This document shows positions 20,292 through 30,194 of a stretch of 64,000 bases of DNA, piece by piece. A program made the position numbers and the translations under genes. Below the pieces are notes generated by a model that saw only the letters and a list, made by a program, of their open reading frames with translations, was not told the DNA's origin and ran no database searches. The DNA is from a virus. Each line of letters opens with the position of its first letter. Position 1 is the stretch's first letter. Where the stretch lies: the IMG/VR virus record IMGVR_UViG_3300021964_000018, positions 32,001 through 96,000 of that record, one strand, 5' to 3'.

Positions 20292-20319
20292 TGTACCTTA
20301 CACACACACACTATATAAT
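20292..20319 (+). promoter_or_regulatory. Promoter TGTACC-N16-TATAAT with (AC)6 in the spacer
   Basis: Same geometry as the other TGTAAA-N16-TAWAAT copies; upstream of SSB. Confidence 0.65.
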
Positions 20320-20329
20320 TGCTAAGCAA

Positions 20330-20378
20330 TTAAAAATTAAAAATTAAACATTAACAATTGCAAATTAAACATTAAAAC
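20330..20378 (+). repeat. Seven tandem heptamers (TTAAAMA-like) in the SSB leader; putative translational operator
   Basis: ttaaaaa ttaaaaa ttaaaca ttaacaa ttgcaaa ttaaaca ttaaaac, immediately before the GGAGA RBS. Confidence 0.75.
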
Positions 20379-20389
20379 GGAGAAAAATC

Positions 20390-21175
20390 ATGGCTATTGA
20401 TTTTGAAGCTATCAAGCGCAAACTAGAACGACTCAGCGGAAACAATAAATCACAAAATGTAATGTGGAAACCACAACCAGATGAAGAATATAATGTTCGT
20501 CTTATGAGTTTTCCAGATAATGACGGTCAACCCTTTAAAGAGTTGATGTTTTATTACAATATTCCTGGGCAACGTGGTCTTTTGGCACCATCTCAATTTG
20601 GTGAAAGAGATCCAGTTCAAGAATTAATTAACAAACTTCGTGATGAAGGTACAAAAGAAAGCTATGAAATGGCAAAGAAATTGTATCCTAAAATGCGAGT
20701 TTATGCTGCAGTAGTTGTAAGAGGCGAAGAAGATAAAGGTGTACAGCTTTGGGGTTTTGGAAAGCTTGTTTATCAAAAACTTCTTGGTATTATGCTTGAC
20801 GAAGATTACGGAGATATCACTGACCCCAAATCAGGTCGTGATATTAAAGTAATTTGTTCTAAACCACCCGGTCAACAATGGGCAAAAACAGAAATTCTTC
20901 CTCGTGGACGATCAACAAAACTATCTGATGATACATCAAAAGCAAAGGAATGGATGACTAATATTCCTGACATTAAAGGTATATTTAAAACAAAGTCTTA
21001 CGATGAACTTAGTAAAATTGTAAATGACTGGCTCAATGGCGACAACGAAGATGATGAAGGTACTGAAAAGTTTGGAAGTAATACTTCTAACGATGATGAT
21101 ACACCTAAATCAGGCGGTGGAAGCGGAAAATCTTATAATGACTTAGACGATGCATTCGCAGACTTGATGTCATAA
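20390..21175 (+). CDS. Single-stranded DNA-binding protein (T4 gp32-like)
   Basis: WKP...VRL, LWGFGK.VY, DYGDITDP..GRDI, acidic C-tail DLDDAFADLMS. Confidence 0.85.
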   Translation: MAIDFEAIKRKLERLSGNNKSQNVMWKPQPDEEYNVRLMSFPDNDGQPFKELMFYYNIPGQRGLLAPSQFGERDPVQELINKLRDEGTKESYEMAKKLYPKMRVYAAVVVRGEEDKGVQLWGFGKLVYQKLLGIMLDEDYGDITDPKSGRDIKVICSKPPGQQWAKTEILPRGRSTKLSDDTSKAKEWMTNIPDIKGIFKTKSYDELSKIVNDWLNGDNEDDEGTEKFGSNTSNDDDTPKSGGGSGKSYNDLDDAFADLMS

Positions 21176-21207
21176 ATAAGCAATCAATAAAAGATTAATC
21201 TTTTTTC

Positions 21208-21237
21208 GGGGAAGTATGAAAATACTTCCCCATTTTT
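21208..21237 (+). terminator. Intrinsic terminator after SSB
   Basis: ggggaagtat-gaaa-atacttcccc followed by attttt. Confidence 0.85.
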
Positions 21238-21276
21238 ATATTTATGTAGTGATAGATTACTAAAAAAGAGAAACAA

Positions 21277-23430
21277 ATGAATAATGTCACTGCAAATAGT
21301 ATCGATAGACGTTTATTAAGAGAACAAATAAAAAGAAAGATGTTGACTGAAGCAAGACACAATCTTGCGCAAAAAGTAATAGAAGAAAGATATGAAAAAG
21401 GAATAACTAGCCTGTCTATATTTGATTTTGCGCCAAAAGAAGATATAAAAGAAATTATTAATTTTGCGCAGGAAAACTTAAATGAAGTTAAATATGCTGC
21501 AAGAATATTAAGAGAGCAAGTATACTCAGGTCAGTTAACCAATTCTAAGCATAAAGTAAGTCAAGTATTAAGCAATGATATAGAGCTTAAAGGTCAAAAA
21601 ATTAGACTTCATGAGATATCAGACTTTGCATTAGATATGCTTTTTGGTTTCGGTCCAATGTTAGGATTAATTCCTTTGCCGGGTTTTGAAATAGCAGGTA
21701 GTGGTATTGCTATAGCAGGATTATTGTATTATGGATATAAGTTATATCAAGCAGTTAGAGCTGAAGATGGTTTGGAAATATTCATACAGGGAATATCAGT
21801 TTTATTTGCAGCTGCTGCTGTCTTTCCAAGAGTTGGAGCAGCTTTTGCTGCAGCAGCAAAAAAGGTATTTGATTTCTTTAAAGGCTTTAAAGGAGTCGCT
21901 TCAAAATCTTTATTGTCTGTTGCAACAGGAGGTGTTTCTAATGTGGTTGCAAAATTTGGTAAAGAAGCAGTAGAACAAGGGGCCAAGGAAGTAATTGAAC
22001 AAGGAACAGTAAACGCTATGAAAGAACTTGGGGAAGAAATTATCACAAATCAAGAAACCCTTAAAAAAGGTGCTGAAATTGCTTCTAGCGGCGCGAAATA
22101 TTTAGATTATGCCAAAGACTTATTAAAAGGAATGAAAGATGGTGCTGCAACAAAATATTTAGGAAAAATACCTGTTATTGGTCCTAAATTAAGTAGTATA
22201 GTTGATAATTTATTAGAAGTCTTCCTAGCGGGTGGGTCTAAATTAAAAGATATAATTATTAAGAATACAAAAACAATGGCAGAAGTTTCAGAAGTAGCTG
22301 TAAAAGAAGGTGTTGATAAAGTAGGTACTGGTGCATTGACAACAATTGCAGTTGCGACTACCCAAGCTGAAAAAAAGGCAGCACAAGAAACTTTAGAAGC
22401 TTTAGCAAAAGAAAGTGATGAGCTAGCGGCCGCAGCACGTCAATTAGGTTATTTAGATGAAGCTTTCGAAACAGCAGCAAAAGCCACAACAAAAGGAAAA
22501 TCTGGTGCCAAAGGAATTCACAAAGCTGGAGAAAAACTTCTTGGTGAGTTTGATGTAGTAATGTCAAAAATGAGTCAAGAAGCTGCCAGTATAGGAAAAA
22601 ACGCTAGTGGTGATGCAATTGAATTAGTACAAAGAGAAATATTTAAGGCAGGAGAAAAATTAGCAGGGGTTGGAATAAAAAATAAGTCAACATACGCATC
22701 TGTAACAAAAATATATAAAGGACTATTTCAAACAGCACAAGATATTGCTGTTATATCAAAAACAAGTATATCATCTGCAATTAAAGAGTTACCATCAGCG
22801 GCAAAAACTATAAATTTTGGGAATTTAAAGATAACTGGTCAAGCCGTTACGAAAGGCGGATCTAAAGTTGTAATTAAAGAAATAGTAGAAGAAGAAGGTA
22901 AAATTATGGTGAGGGCAGTAGCAAAAAATGGTAAAGTATATGCAAGAGAAATGACAGGAGATATTGCCAAACAATTGTCTGATAAAGGTATTTTTAAATC
23001 TATTTTTGGTAAAATGAATAATAATTTAGGCCGACAAGCAAAAGTTTTGGAAAGAAGAACTTTAAAAGCATCATTTTCAAGAACAGCTGCAAAAGAAGCA
23101 GAAGAAGCATCACTTAAACTTGCTGACGATATAACAACACAAACAGTAGGTGAAATAACTGAAGAAGTAGGTCAAGTAGCAGCAAAAGTTACTGCAGAAA
23201 ATGCAGACAGCGTTATTAAAACGCTTATATCTCCTGAAAAATTAATGAAGGCTGATTGGTGGGTAAAATTAACAGGAGGCCTCTGGAATACTTTCTTAAG
23301 CGGGCTAGATGTTTCTGGAAAAACTAAACTTTCTAGAGTTGTAGATTCACAATCTTCAGATTATTATAATGTGGATCGATCAGAACTTGATGAAACCCTT
23401 AGACGGAAAAGTTTAAAATTTTTATATTGA
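21277..23430 (+). CDS. Hypothetical membrane-associated protein, possibly an internal virion protein
   Basis: Gly/Ala-rich hydrophobic segments at about aa 115-200, a long Ala/Lys helical region, and C-term ETLRRKSLKFLY. Confidence 0.55.
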   Translation: MNNVTANSIDRRLLREQIKRKMLTEARHNLAQKVIEERYEKGITSLSIFDFAPKEDIKEIINFAQENLNEVKYAARILREQVYSGQLTNSKHKVSQVLSNDIELKGQKIRLHEISDFALDMLFGFGPMLGLIPLPGFEIAGSGIAIAGLLYYGYKLYQAVRAEDGLEIFIQGISVLFAAAAVFPRVGAAFAAAAKKVFDFFKGFKGVASKSLLSVATGGVSNVVAKFGKEAVEQGAKEVIEQGTVNAMKELGEEIITNQETLKKGAEIASSGAKYLDYAKDLLKGMKDGAATKYLGKIPVIGPKLSSIVDNLLEVFLAGGSKLKDIIIKNTKTMAEVSEVAVKEGVDKVGTGALTTIAVATTQAEKKAAQETLEALAKESDELAAAARQLGYLDEAFETAAKATTKGKSGAKGIHKAGEKLLGEFDVVMSKMSQEAASIGKNASGDAIELVQREIFKAGEKLAGVGIKNKSTYASVTKIYKGLFQTAQDIAVISKTSISSAIKELPSAAKTINFGNLKITGQAVTKGGSKVVIKEIVEEEGKIMVRAVAKNGKVYAREMTGDIAKQLSDKGIFKSIFGKMNNNLGRQAKVLERRTLKASFSRTAAKEAEEASLKLADDITTQTVGEITEEVGQVAAKVTAENADSVIKTLISPEKLMKADWWVKLTGGLWNTFLSGLDVSGKTKLSRVVDSQSSDYYNVDRSELDETLRRKSLKFLY

Positions 23431-23455
23431 AAATTATTCCGGAATAATGTATAAT
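23427..23455 (+). promoter_or_regulatory. Promoter TTGAAA-N17-TATAAT for the recA/exonuclease/helicase/RNR operon
   Basis: TTGAAA 23427-23432, TATAAT 23450-23455. Confidence 0.65.
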
Positions 23456-23484
23456 TCTTTATGTTAATAGATAAAGGAGAATAC

Positions 23485-24639
23485 ATGCCAAGTGATGATT
23501 TTACTAAAGACTTAATTAAGTCTCTCAATAAAGAAAAAGGAGCAAGAGTAGCTTATAATCTTGCAGTTGATGATAGCCCAACCCATGTTAAACGTTGGAT
23601 CAGTACTGGTAGTCAAATGTTAGATTATATTTGTGCCAATCAAAAAGATGGCGGTTTACCTGAAGGTCGTATTGTAGAAATATTTGGACCTCCCTCAATT
23701 GGTAAGTCCCATATAGCAACACAACTAGCTCGTTCGACCCAACAAATGGGAGGAATTGTTGTTTATATCGACACAGAAAATGCAACATCAGTTGATAATC
23801 TTCGTGCTTTAGGGGTAGATGTTTCTTCTCGTTTTGTTTATGTTGATACACATTGTACTGAAGAGGTGTTGTCAATAGCAGAAAAAACAATCTTAAAAGC
23901 AAAAGCTCTTGATAAAGACGTTCCCGTTACAATTATTTGGGATTCTGTTGCTGCAACTTCACCAAAAGCTGAATTGTTGGGTGATTATGACAAAGAATCA
24001 ATTGGACTTCAAGCCCGGGCAATTTCAAAAGGTATGCGGAAAATAACAGGTGTTATTGGGCAAACTAATTCACTTTTGATATGCCTTAATCAAATCCGAA
24101 CTAAAGTAGGTGTAATGTATGGTGATCCAACAACGACACCAGGTGGTAAGGCAATTCCATTTCATAGTTCGATCCGGATTAAATTAGGCGCAGGACAACC
24201 GATTAAAGATGGTGATGATGTAATTGGTATTAATGTATCAGCAAAAACAATAAAAAATAAGGTTGCACCACCTTTCCGGGTTGCAAAGTTTCAAATACAT
24301 TTTGGAAAAGGGATTGTTGAGCACGAAGAGCTTTTTGATTTGTTAAGAAAGCATGGCGAAGAGATAATTAATAATAAATCAATCAAGGTGTCAGGAAGTG
24401 GTCAATGGAAGAATTTTCAAGTTGTTTGTTGCGAGTCTGGTGAAGTTTTGATTGAGAAAAAATTTAGAAAAACAGCTTTTAATGAACTAATGAAAGATCC
24501 GGATTACAAACCTTATTTAGATCAGTTAGTAGAAAAAGCAATGGTAAAAGTTATGACAACAACTGACGGCGTTGATATCGATACAGAATCATTAGCAGAA
24601 TTAGAAGCATTACAACAGGAAATGTTTGATAATGAATAG
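23485..24639 (+). CDS. recA: RecA/UvsX recombinase
   Basis: ISTGS..LD, GGLPEGRIVEIFGPPSIGKS (Walker A), YIDTE, WDSVAA, NQIR.KVGVMYGDPTTTPGGKA, KNKVAPPF. Start placed at the ATG after AAGGAG. Confidence 0.95.
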   Translation: MPSDDFTKDLIKSLNKEKGARVAYNLAVDDSPTHVKRWISTGSQMLDYICANQKDGGLPEGRIVEIFGPPSIGKSHIATQLARSTQQMGGIVVYIDTENATSVDNLRALGVDVSSRFVYVDTHCTEEVLSIAEKTILKAKALDKDVPVTIIWDSVAATSPKAELLGDYDKESIGLQARAISKGMRKITGVIGQTNSLLICLNQIRTKVGVMYGDPTTTPGGKAIPFHSSIRIKLGAGQPIKDGDDVIGINVSAKTIKNKVAPPFRVAKFQIHFGKGIVEHEELFDLLRKHGEEIINNKSIKVSGSGQWKNFQVVCCESGEVLIEKKFRKTAFNELMKDPDYKPYLDQLVEKAMVKVMTTTDGVDIDTESLAELEALQQEMFDNE

Positions 24640-25582
24640 ATGTCTTATAATAGACGCATACAATCTTTTTATAAGACATTATGTTGCGAATCCTGCAATG
24701 TCAAAAAACGGCGAACAAGTCGGTGGCATTGTAGGATTTTACAATAACATGACAAAGTTAATTGACAAATGCAATCCCACAGATGTTTATGTTATTTGGG
24801 AAGGTGGCGGTTCTATTAGAAAAAAAGCAGTGTATAAAGATTATAAGCGTCAATCTCGTCCGGTTAAGTTGAATCGATATTATGATGATATACCCGATAC
24901 AATGGAAAATAGAAATTATCAAATTAAAACATTGATAAAACTTCTAGATAACTTTCCGATCACACAGTTGTATGTAGAGGGATCCGAAGCCGATGATGTT
25001 ATTGGATACCTATGTAAATATCGTTTTAAATCCAGGCCTAAGGTAATCCTTTCCTCTGATCATGATTATTATCAGCTGCTTGACAATTTGACGATAATTT
25101 ATTCACCTACACTCAAGACATTTGTTAATGAAAAGTTTGTAATTGATAAATTCGGAATACATCCACAAAATTTTGCATTGGCAAAGGCAATTGTTGGTGA
25201 TAATTCAGATAATATCCCAGGAGTTCCAGGTGCAGGATTTAAGACTTTAGTTAGAGAATACGGTCATCTATTTCAAAATCCTGAGTTTGATTCGAATCGA
25301 TTTGAACTTTTTATTGAGAATTCTGTTAAAATGGAAAAATCAAAAAAGAAAATATATAAATCAATTAAAGAAAATGAAGATATGATTGAAAGAAATTTTA
25401 AAGTTATTAATCTAGATGTTGACAATTTGGCACATTACCAAGTAAATAAGATTGAACAAAAACTTGAAAACCATCAAAAAACATATAATAATATAAACAT
25501 ACACAAACTACTAAATGAAAATGCAATTAATAGCATTGACGTCTACAACACAAAAATAATTTATAATAGATTATTGAGGTAA
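24626..25582 (+). CDS. 5'-3' exonuclease / flap endonuclease (PolI N-terminal, T4 RNase H-like)
   Basis: LIIDAYN, YK..R, EADDVIG, SSDHDYYQL, GDNSDNIPGVPGAGFKT. Confidence 0.9.
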   Translation: MIMNRCLIIDAYNLFIRHYVANPAMSKNGEQVGGIVGFYNNMTKLIDKCNPTDVYVIWEGGGSIRKKAVYKDYKRQSRPVKLNRYYDDIPDTMENRNYQIKTLIKLLDNFPITQLYVEGSEADDVIGYLCKYRFKSRPKVILSSDHDYYQLLDNLTIIYSPTLKTFVNEKFVIDKFGIHPQNFALAKAIVGDNSDNIPGVPGAGFKTLVREYGHLFQNPEFDSNRFELFIENSVKMEKSKKKIYKSIKENEDMIERNFKVINLDVDNLAHYQVNKIEQKLENHQKTYNNINIHKLLNENAINSIDVYNTKIIYNRLLR

Positions 25583-25586
25583 AAAT

Positions 25587-26975
25587 ATGAATATGACCCC
25601 CGACCATGTGGAAAGTTATTTTTCCAAATATGGAAGAACGTTTCAAGAAAAAATCTTCCAAGCAATGTTAACAGATCACACATGGTCTGCGCAAATGATT
25701 GAAGTAATGACCCCTGAATACTTTGAATTAAAGTATCTATCTTATCTTTGTGATCGTCATTTTAATTTTTATCACAAATATAAGAATTTTCCAACAATGC
25801 AGCTTCTTGTTTCTATTATTAGAGATGAATTAACAACAGGAGATGACGTCGTTTTACGTGAGCAAGTAATTGAATATCTTTCACGTGTTAAAAATTCGCC
25901 AAATCAAGGTGATTTAGAATTTGTTAAAGAAAAAACTCTTGATTTTTGCAAAAAACAAGTATTACGTCAAGCTTTAGAAGACTGCGTACAAGCAATCACA
26001 GCAGAAAATTATGAGTCGGTTTTGAGTATCATGAAAGATGCTGTTTCTAAAGGTACACCTGCTACAATTGGTCATGATTTCTTTGAAGATTATGAAGCAC
26101 GTTTTACTCGTTTAACTCGTATTTGCTGCCCAACAGGACTTGATGCATTGGACAAAAAAGAAGTTTTAAATGGAGGTCTTGCACGTGGTGAAATTGGAGT
26201 TATAACAGCACCAACAGGAGTTGGAAAATCTCACTGGTTGGTTCACTGTGGTGCTGAAGCTCTGAAGCGAGGCAAAAATGTTTTGCATTATACATTCGAG
26301 CTAACTGAAACAGCTGTAGGTGTTCGATATGACTCTCACCTTTGTGGTATTAACTCAACTGATGTGATCGAGAAAAAAGATGAAATTTTGAGTAGGTATG
26401 AAGGTAATGATTACGGTCGATTGATAATTAAAGAATACCCAACTGGATCAGCAAGTATCGTGACTATTAAAAATCATTTAGAAAAATTGGCAATGAGAGA
26501 CTTTAAACCTGGATTAATTGTAATTGATTATGCGGATATTATGAGGTCAACACGTCAATATGATTCTTTGCGTCATGAACTTAAGTTGATTTATGAGGAA
26601 TTAAGAAACTTAGCGATGGAACTAAAAATACCAATTTGGACAGCATCGCAAGCAAATAGAGAAGCCTCTGATAAAGAAGTTGTAGGACTTGGCAATATGT
26701 CTGAAGCATATGGAAAAGCTATGGTTGCCGACGTTGTTCTTTCAATATCACGCAAACAATTAGAAAAAGCAACAGGAGCTGCACGCCTGTTCGTTGCAAA
26801 AAATCGTGCGGGACAAGACGGAATTCTATTCCCAATCAGGATTGATACGGCAAGAAGTCATTTTGAAATAATTGACGATCCTAATTCACTTTCTGTATTG
26901 GACATGGTAGAATCCGCGCATACAGGCACCAAAGACATGCTTAAGTCTAAATGGAAAGAAATAACAGGAAAATAA
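25587..26975 (+). CDS. Replicative DnaB-family helicase (T4 gp41-like)
   Basis: APTGVGKS, HYTFEL, VIDYADIM, WTASQANR, AKNRAG. Confidence 0.92.
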   Translation: MNMTPDHVESYFSKYGRTFQEKIFQAMLTDHTWSAQMIEVMTPEYFELKYLSYLCDRHFNFYHKYKNFPTMQLLVSIIRDELTTGDDVVLREQVIEYLSRVKNSPNQGDLEFVKEKTLDFCKKQVLRQALEDCVQAITAENYESVLSIMKDAVSKGTPATIGHDFFEDYEARFTRLTRICCPTGLDALDKKEVLNGGLARGEIGVITAPTGVGKSHWLVHCGAEALKRGKNVLHYTFELTETAVGVRYDSHLCGINSTDVIEKKDEILSRYEGNDYGRLIIKEYPTGSASIVTIKNHLEKLAMRDFKPGLIVIDYADIMRSTRQYDSLRHELKLIYEELRNLAMELKIPIWTASQANREASDKEVVGLGNMSEAYGKAMVADVVLSISRKQLEKATGAARLFVAKNRAGQDGILFPIRIDTARSHFEIIDDPNSLSVLDMVESAHTGTKDMLKSKWKEITGK

Positions 26976-26993
26976 CTTATCGGAGAAAAATAG

Positions 26994-29468
26994 ATGTACG
27001 ATTACAATCAAGTATATCAAGCCAGCCTTGAGTATTTCAAAGGCGATGAACTTGCAGCCAGCGTTTTTGCTGGCAAATATGCACTACAAGATGCAGAAGG
27101 AAATTATTTAGAATCAAACCCAGATGATATGCATAGAAGATTAGCTAGGGAATTTGCAAGGATTGAAAGAAAATATCCTAACGGTATGGATCTAGAAGAA
27201 ATTTATCAGTTACTTAAAGATTTTAAATATATTGTGCCTCAAGGCTCACCAATGAGCGGTATTGGTAACGAATCAAAAATACAATCTTTATCAAATTGTT
27301 TTGTAATTAAAGAACCTTACGACAGCTATGCAGGTATTTTAACAACAGATCAAGAGCAAGTTCAAATTATGAAACGACGAGGTGGTGTAGGGTTTGATGT
27401 TTCTACAATTCGACCAAAAGGCCTTAATACTTCTAACGCTGCAAAAACAACAGACGGTATTGAAGTCTTTATGGAAAGATTTTCTAATTCATGCCGCGAA
27501 GTTGCACAAGGCGGCCGGCGTGGTGCATTAATGCTGTCAATTTCAGTTCATCACCCTCAAGTTATGGATTTTATTAAGATTAAACGCGATCTTAAAAAAG
27601 TAACAGGTGCAAATATATCTGTCAGAGTTTCTGATGAATTTATGGACGCTGTTAAAGGCGATCACAAATACCAACAAAGATGGCCTGTTGAAAATAAAAT
27701 CGAACCTGAAGTTGAAAACTATGTAGAAGCTAAAGAAGTTTGGGATGCATTAATTGAGTCCGCACATGCATCAGCCGAACCCGGTGTTTTATTTTGGGAC
27801 ACTGCAAAGCGCAATACACCTTCTGACATTTATACAAAAGAAGGTTTTGGTTCTGTTTCTACCAACCCATGTGGTGAAATTATACTTTCTCCTTATGATT
27901 CATGTCGTTTAATGCTTGTTAATCTTACATCTTTTGTTCAAAATGCATGGACACAAGAAGCTTATTTCGAATGGGGTAAATTTGCCGACATTGTTCAAAA
28001 GGCTCAAAGGCTTATGGATGACATGATCGATCTTGAAATTGAACAAATTGACAAGATCATGGAAAAGATACGTAGGGATCCTGAACCTGATAATGTAAAA
28101 GAAGTAGAACTTTCTTTGTGGCACAAAATAAAACAAGCAGCCGGTATAGGTAGAAGAACCGGATTAGGAATTACCGGATTAGGTGATTGTATTGCAATGT
28201 TAAATCAACAATACGGAGATCCACTCTCAATTAAGACAACTGAAGAAATCTACAAATGGTTGGCTTTGAACTCATATGAAGCGTCAATCCAATTAGCAAA
28301 AGAACGTGGAGCATTTACTTGCTGGATGCACGAAAAAGAAAAAGATCATCCGTTTCTTCAAAGAATTATTTCAAATCTACTTCCTGAGCGTCAAGAAGAT
28401 TATAAAAAATATGGACGACGAAATATTGCAAATACAACAACAGCACCTGCCGGTTCTGTTTCATGTTTGACTCAAACAACAAGTGGTATTGAACCTGCTT
28501 TTATGCTTTATTATAAGCGTCGTAAGAAGGTTCAGAATAATGAAGAAGTAACTTTTGTTGATGACCTAGGTGATAAATGGACAGAGTTTTTAGTGTATCA
28601 TCATAAGTTCAAAGAGTGGATGGATCATGCAATGTATAATGATCTTGAAATAGATGCAGCTGTTCAGAATAGTCCCTATTATAAAGCAATTGCAAATGAG
28701 ATCGATTGGGTGTCCAAAGTAGATCTTCAAGCCGCAGCACAAAAATGGGTATGTCACGCCATTTCAAATACAACCAACCTTCCTAACGATATCGATGTAG
28801 AAACTGTTAAGCAAGTATATATGAAAGGTTGGGAAACTGGTTGTAAAGGCATAACAGTTTATCGTGACGGATCTCGCTCAGGTGTTCTTGTTTCAGCAGA
28901 CGAAAAGAAAGAAACAAAATTTGAACAACGACAAGCACCAAAACGACCTGAAATTTTAGATTGTGACATCTTTCATACAAGCGTTAAAGGTGAACGCTGG
29001 GTGGTTATGGTAGGACTTTTAGAAGGTAAGCCTTATGAGGTATTAGGCGGTGAAGCAAAGCTTATAGAAATACCACGGAAGCTATCTAAAGGAACGTTAA
29101 CAAAGCGTGTATTTAAAACTACAAATAGCAAATATGATCTAACAGTTGGAGAAGGAGACGAAGAACTTTCTATTAAAGATGTAGTTTCTGTATTTGACAA
29201 TCCCAATCATGCGGGTTATACACGTGTTATTTCAACATCTCTTCGCCATGGCGTTCCTGTTCAATTTCTTGTTGAGCAAATGCAAAAGGATAAAAATGCT
29301 GACTTGTTCTCTTTTAGCAAGGTAATATCTAGATGTTTAAAAACGTATATTCAGGACGGAACTAAATCAAGTAAAAAAGTTTGCCAAAATTGTGGGGCAG
29401 AAGATAGTATAGTTTATCAAGAAGGTTGTGAAATGTGCAAGGCATGTGGTAGTTCTAAATGCGGATAA
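26994..29468 (+). CDS. nrdJ: Class II (B12-dependent) ribonucleotide reductase
   Basis: SLSNC, RRGALM, TNPCGEI, APAGSVS, KGITVYRDGSR, C-terminal Cys ribbon (CQNC...EGC..C..CG.SKC); no NrdB in window. Confidence 0.9.
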   Translation: MYDYNQVYQASLEYFKGDELAASVFAGKYALQDAEGNYLESNPDDMHRRLAREFARIERKYPNGMDLEEIYQLLKDFKYIVPQGSPMSGIGNESKIQSLSNCFVIKEPYDSYAGILTTDQEQVQIMKRRGGVGFDVSTIRPKGLNTSNAAKTTDGIEVFMERFSNSCREVAQGGRRGALMLSISVHHPQVMDFIKIKRDLKKVTGANISVRVSDEFMDAVKGDHKYQQRWPVENKIEPEVENYVEAKEVWDALIESAHASAEPGVLFWDTAKRNTPSDIYTKEGFGSVSTNPCGEIILSPYDSCRLMLVNLTSFVQNAWTQEAYFEWGKFADIVQKAQRLMDDMIDLEIEQIDKIMEKIRRDPEPDNVKEVELSLWHKIKQAAGIGRRTGLGITGLGDCIAMLNQQYGDPLSIKTTEEIYKWLALNSYEASIQLAKERGAFTCWMHEKEKDHPFLQRIISNLLPERQEDYKKYGRRNIANTTTAPAGSVSCLTQTTSGIEPAFMLYYKRRKKVQNNEEVTFVDDLGDKWTEFLVYHHKFKEWMDHAMYNDLEIDAAVQNSPYYKAIANEIDWVSKVDLQAAAQKWVCHAISNTTNLPNDIDVETVKQVYMKGWETGCKGITVYRDGSRSGVLVSADEKKETKFEQRQAPKRPEILDCDIFHTSVKGERWVVMVGLLEGKPYEVLGGEAKLIEIPRKLSKGTLTKRVFKTTNSKYDLTVGEGDEELSIKDVVSVFDNPNHAGYTRVISTSLRHGVPVQFLVEQMQKDKNADLFSFSKVISRCLKTYIQDGTKSSKKVCQNCGAEDSIVYQEGCEMCKACGSSKCG

Positions 29469-29490
29469 GGTAACAGCTAATAAAATTTTG

Positions 29491-29525
29491 AGGTACATGT
29501 AAATGTGCCTTTTTTTGTATATAAT
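29491..29525 (+). promoter_or_regulatory. Overlapping terminator hairpin and TGTAAA-N16-TATAAT promoter
   Basis: aggtacat-gtaa-atgtgcct plus T run; TGTAAA 29498-29503, TATAAT 29520-29525. Confidence 0.65.
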
Positions 29526-29548
29526 AAAATTATAATAAAGGAGTAAAA

Positions 29549-30151
29549 ATGCTTTGGACATTTAATACAGATCAAAGAATAAAAGAATGTGAATTAAGAG
29601 ATAACCCAATTATTATTCGGGTAAATAAATTTGATGAACAAAGTGCACAAGAGTTTTGCACTAATATGTCTCTTGCACACTGTACAGGACAAGAAATTAT
29701 ACCGATCGTAATTGACTCATACGGCGGCCAAGTATACAGTTTAATGAGAATGATTGGCGCAATTAAGGCTTCACGTCTTCCTGTTGCAACAATTGTTGAA
29801 GGTAAAGCAATGAGCTGCGGCGCCATCTTATTTTCTTTTGGTGAAGAAGGCAGAAGATACATGGATCCTCACGCAACTGTTATGATTCATGATGTTTCAT
29901 CTGGGGCAATTGGAAAAATTGAAGAAATTAAGGCAAATGCAAAAGAATCGGAAAGATTAAACGATCAGGTTTATGAAATGATGGCACGTAACTGTGGGCA
30001 ACCTGATGATTTCTTTAAAAATAAAGTACATGAAATAGGGCATGCAGATCTTTATGTTGCACCAAAAGATGCAAAAGAATGGAATTTAGCAAATCATCTT
30101 AGAATGCCAAAATTTGATATTAATATCAAAGTTGAAATGCAGTTTTCATAA
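29549..30151 (+). CDS. ClpP-like serine protease
   Basis: IDSYGGQV, GKAMSCG (catalytic Ser), MIHDVS (His). Confidence 0.88.
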   Translation: MLWTFNTDQRIKECELRDNPIIIRVNKFDEQSAQEFCTNMSLAHCTGQEIIPIVIDSYGGQVYSLMRMIGAIKASRLPVATIVEGKAMSCGAILFSFGEEGRRYMDPHATVMIHDVSSGAIGKIEEIKANAKESERLNDQVYEMMARNCGQPDDFFKNKVHEIGHADLYVAPKDAKEWNLANHLRMPKFDINIKVEMQFS

Positions 30152-30194
30152 TAAAATGATTAAATCCTCCTAATTATATTAGAAAGGAGGAATT

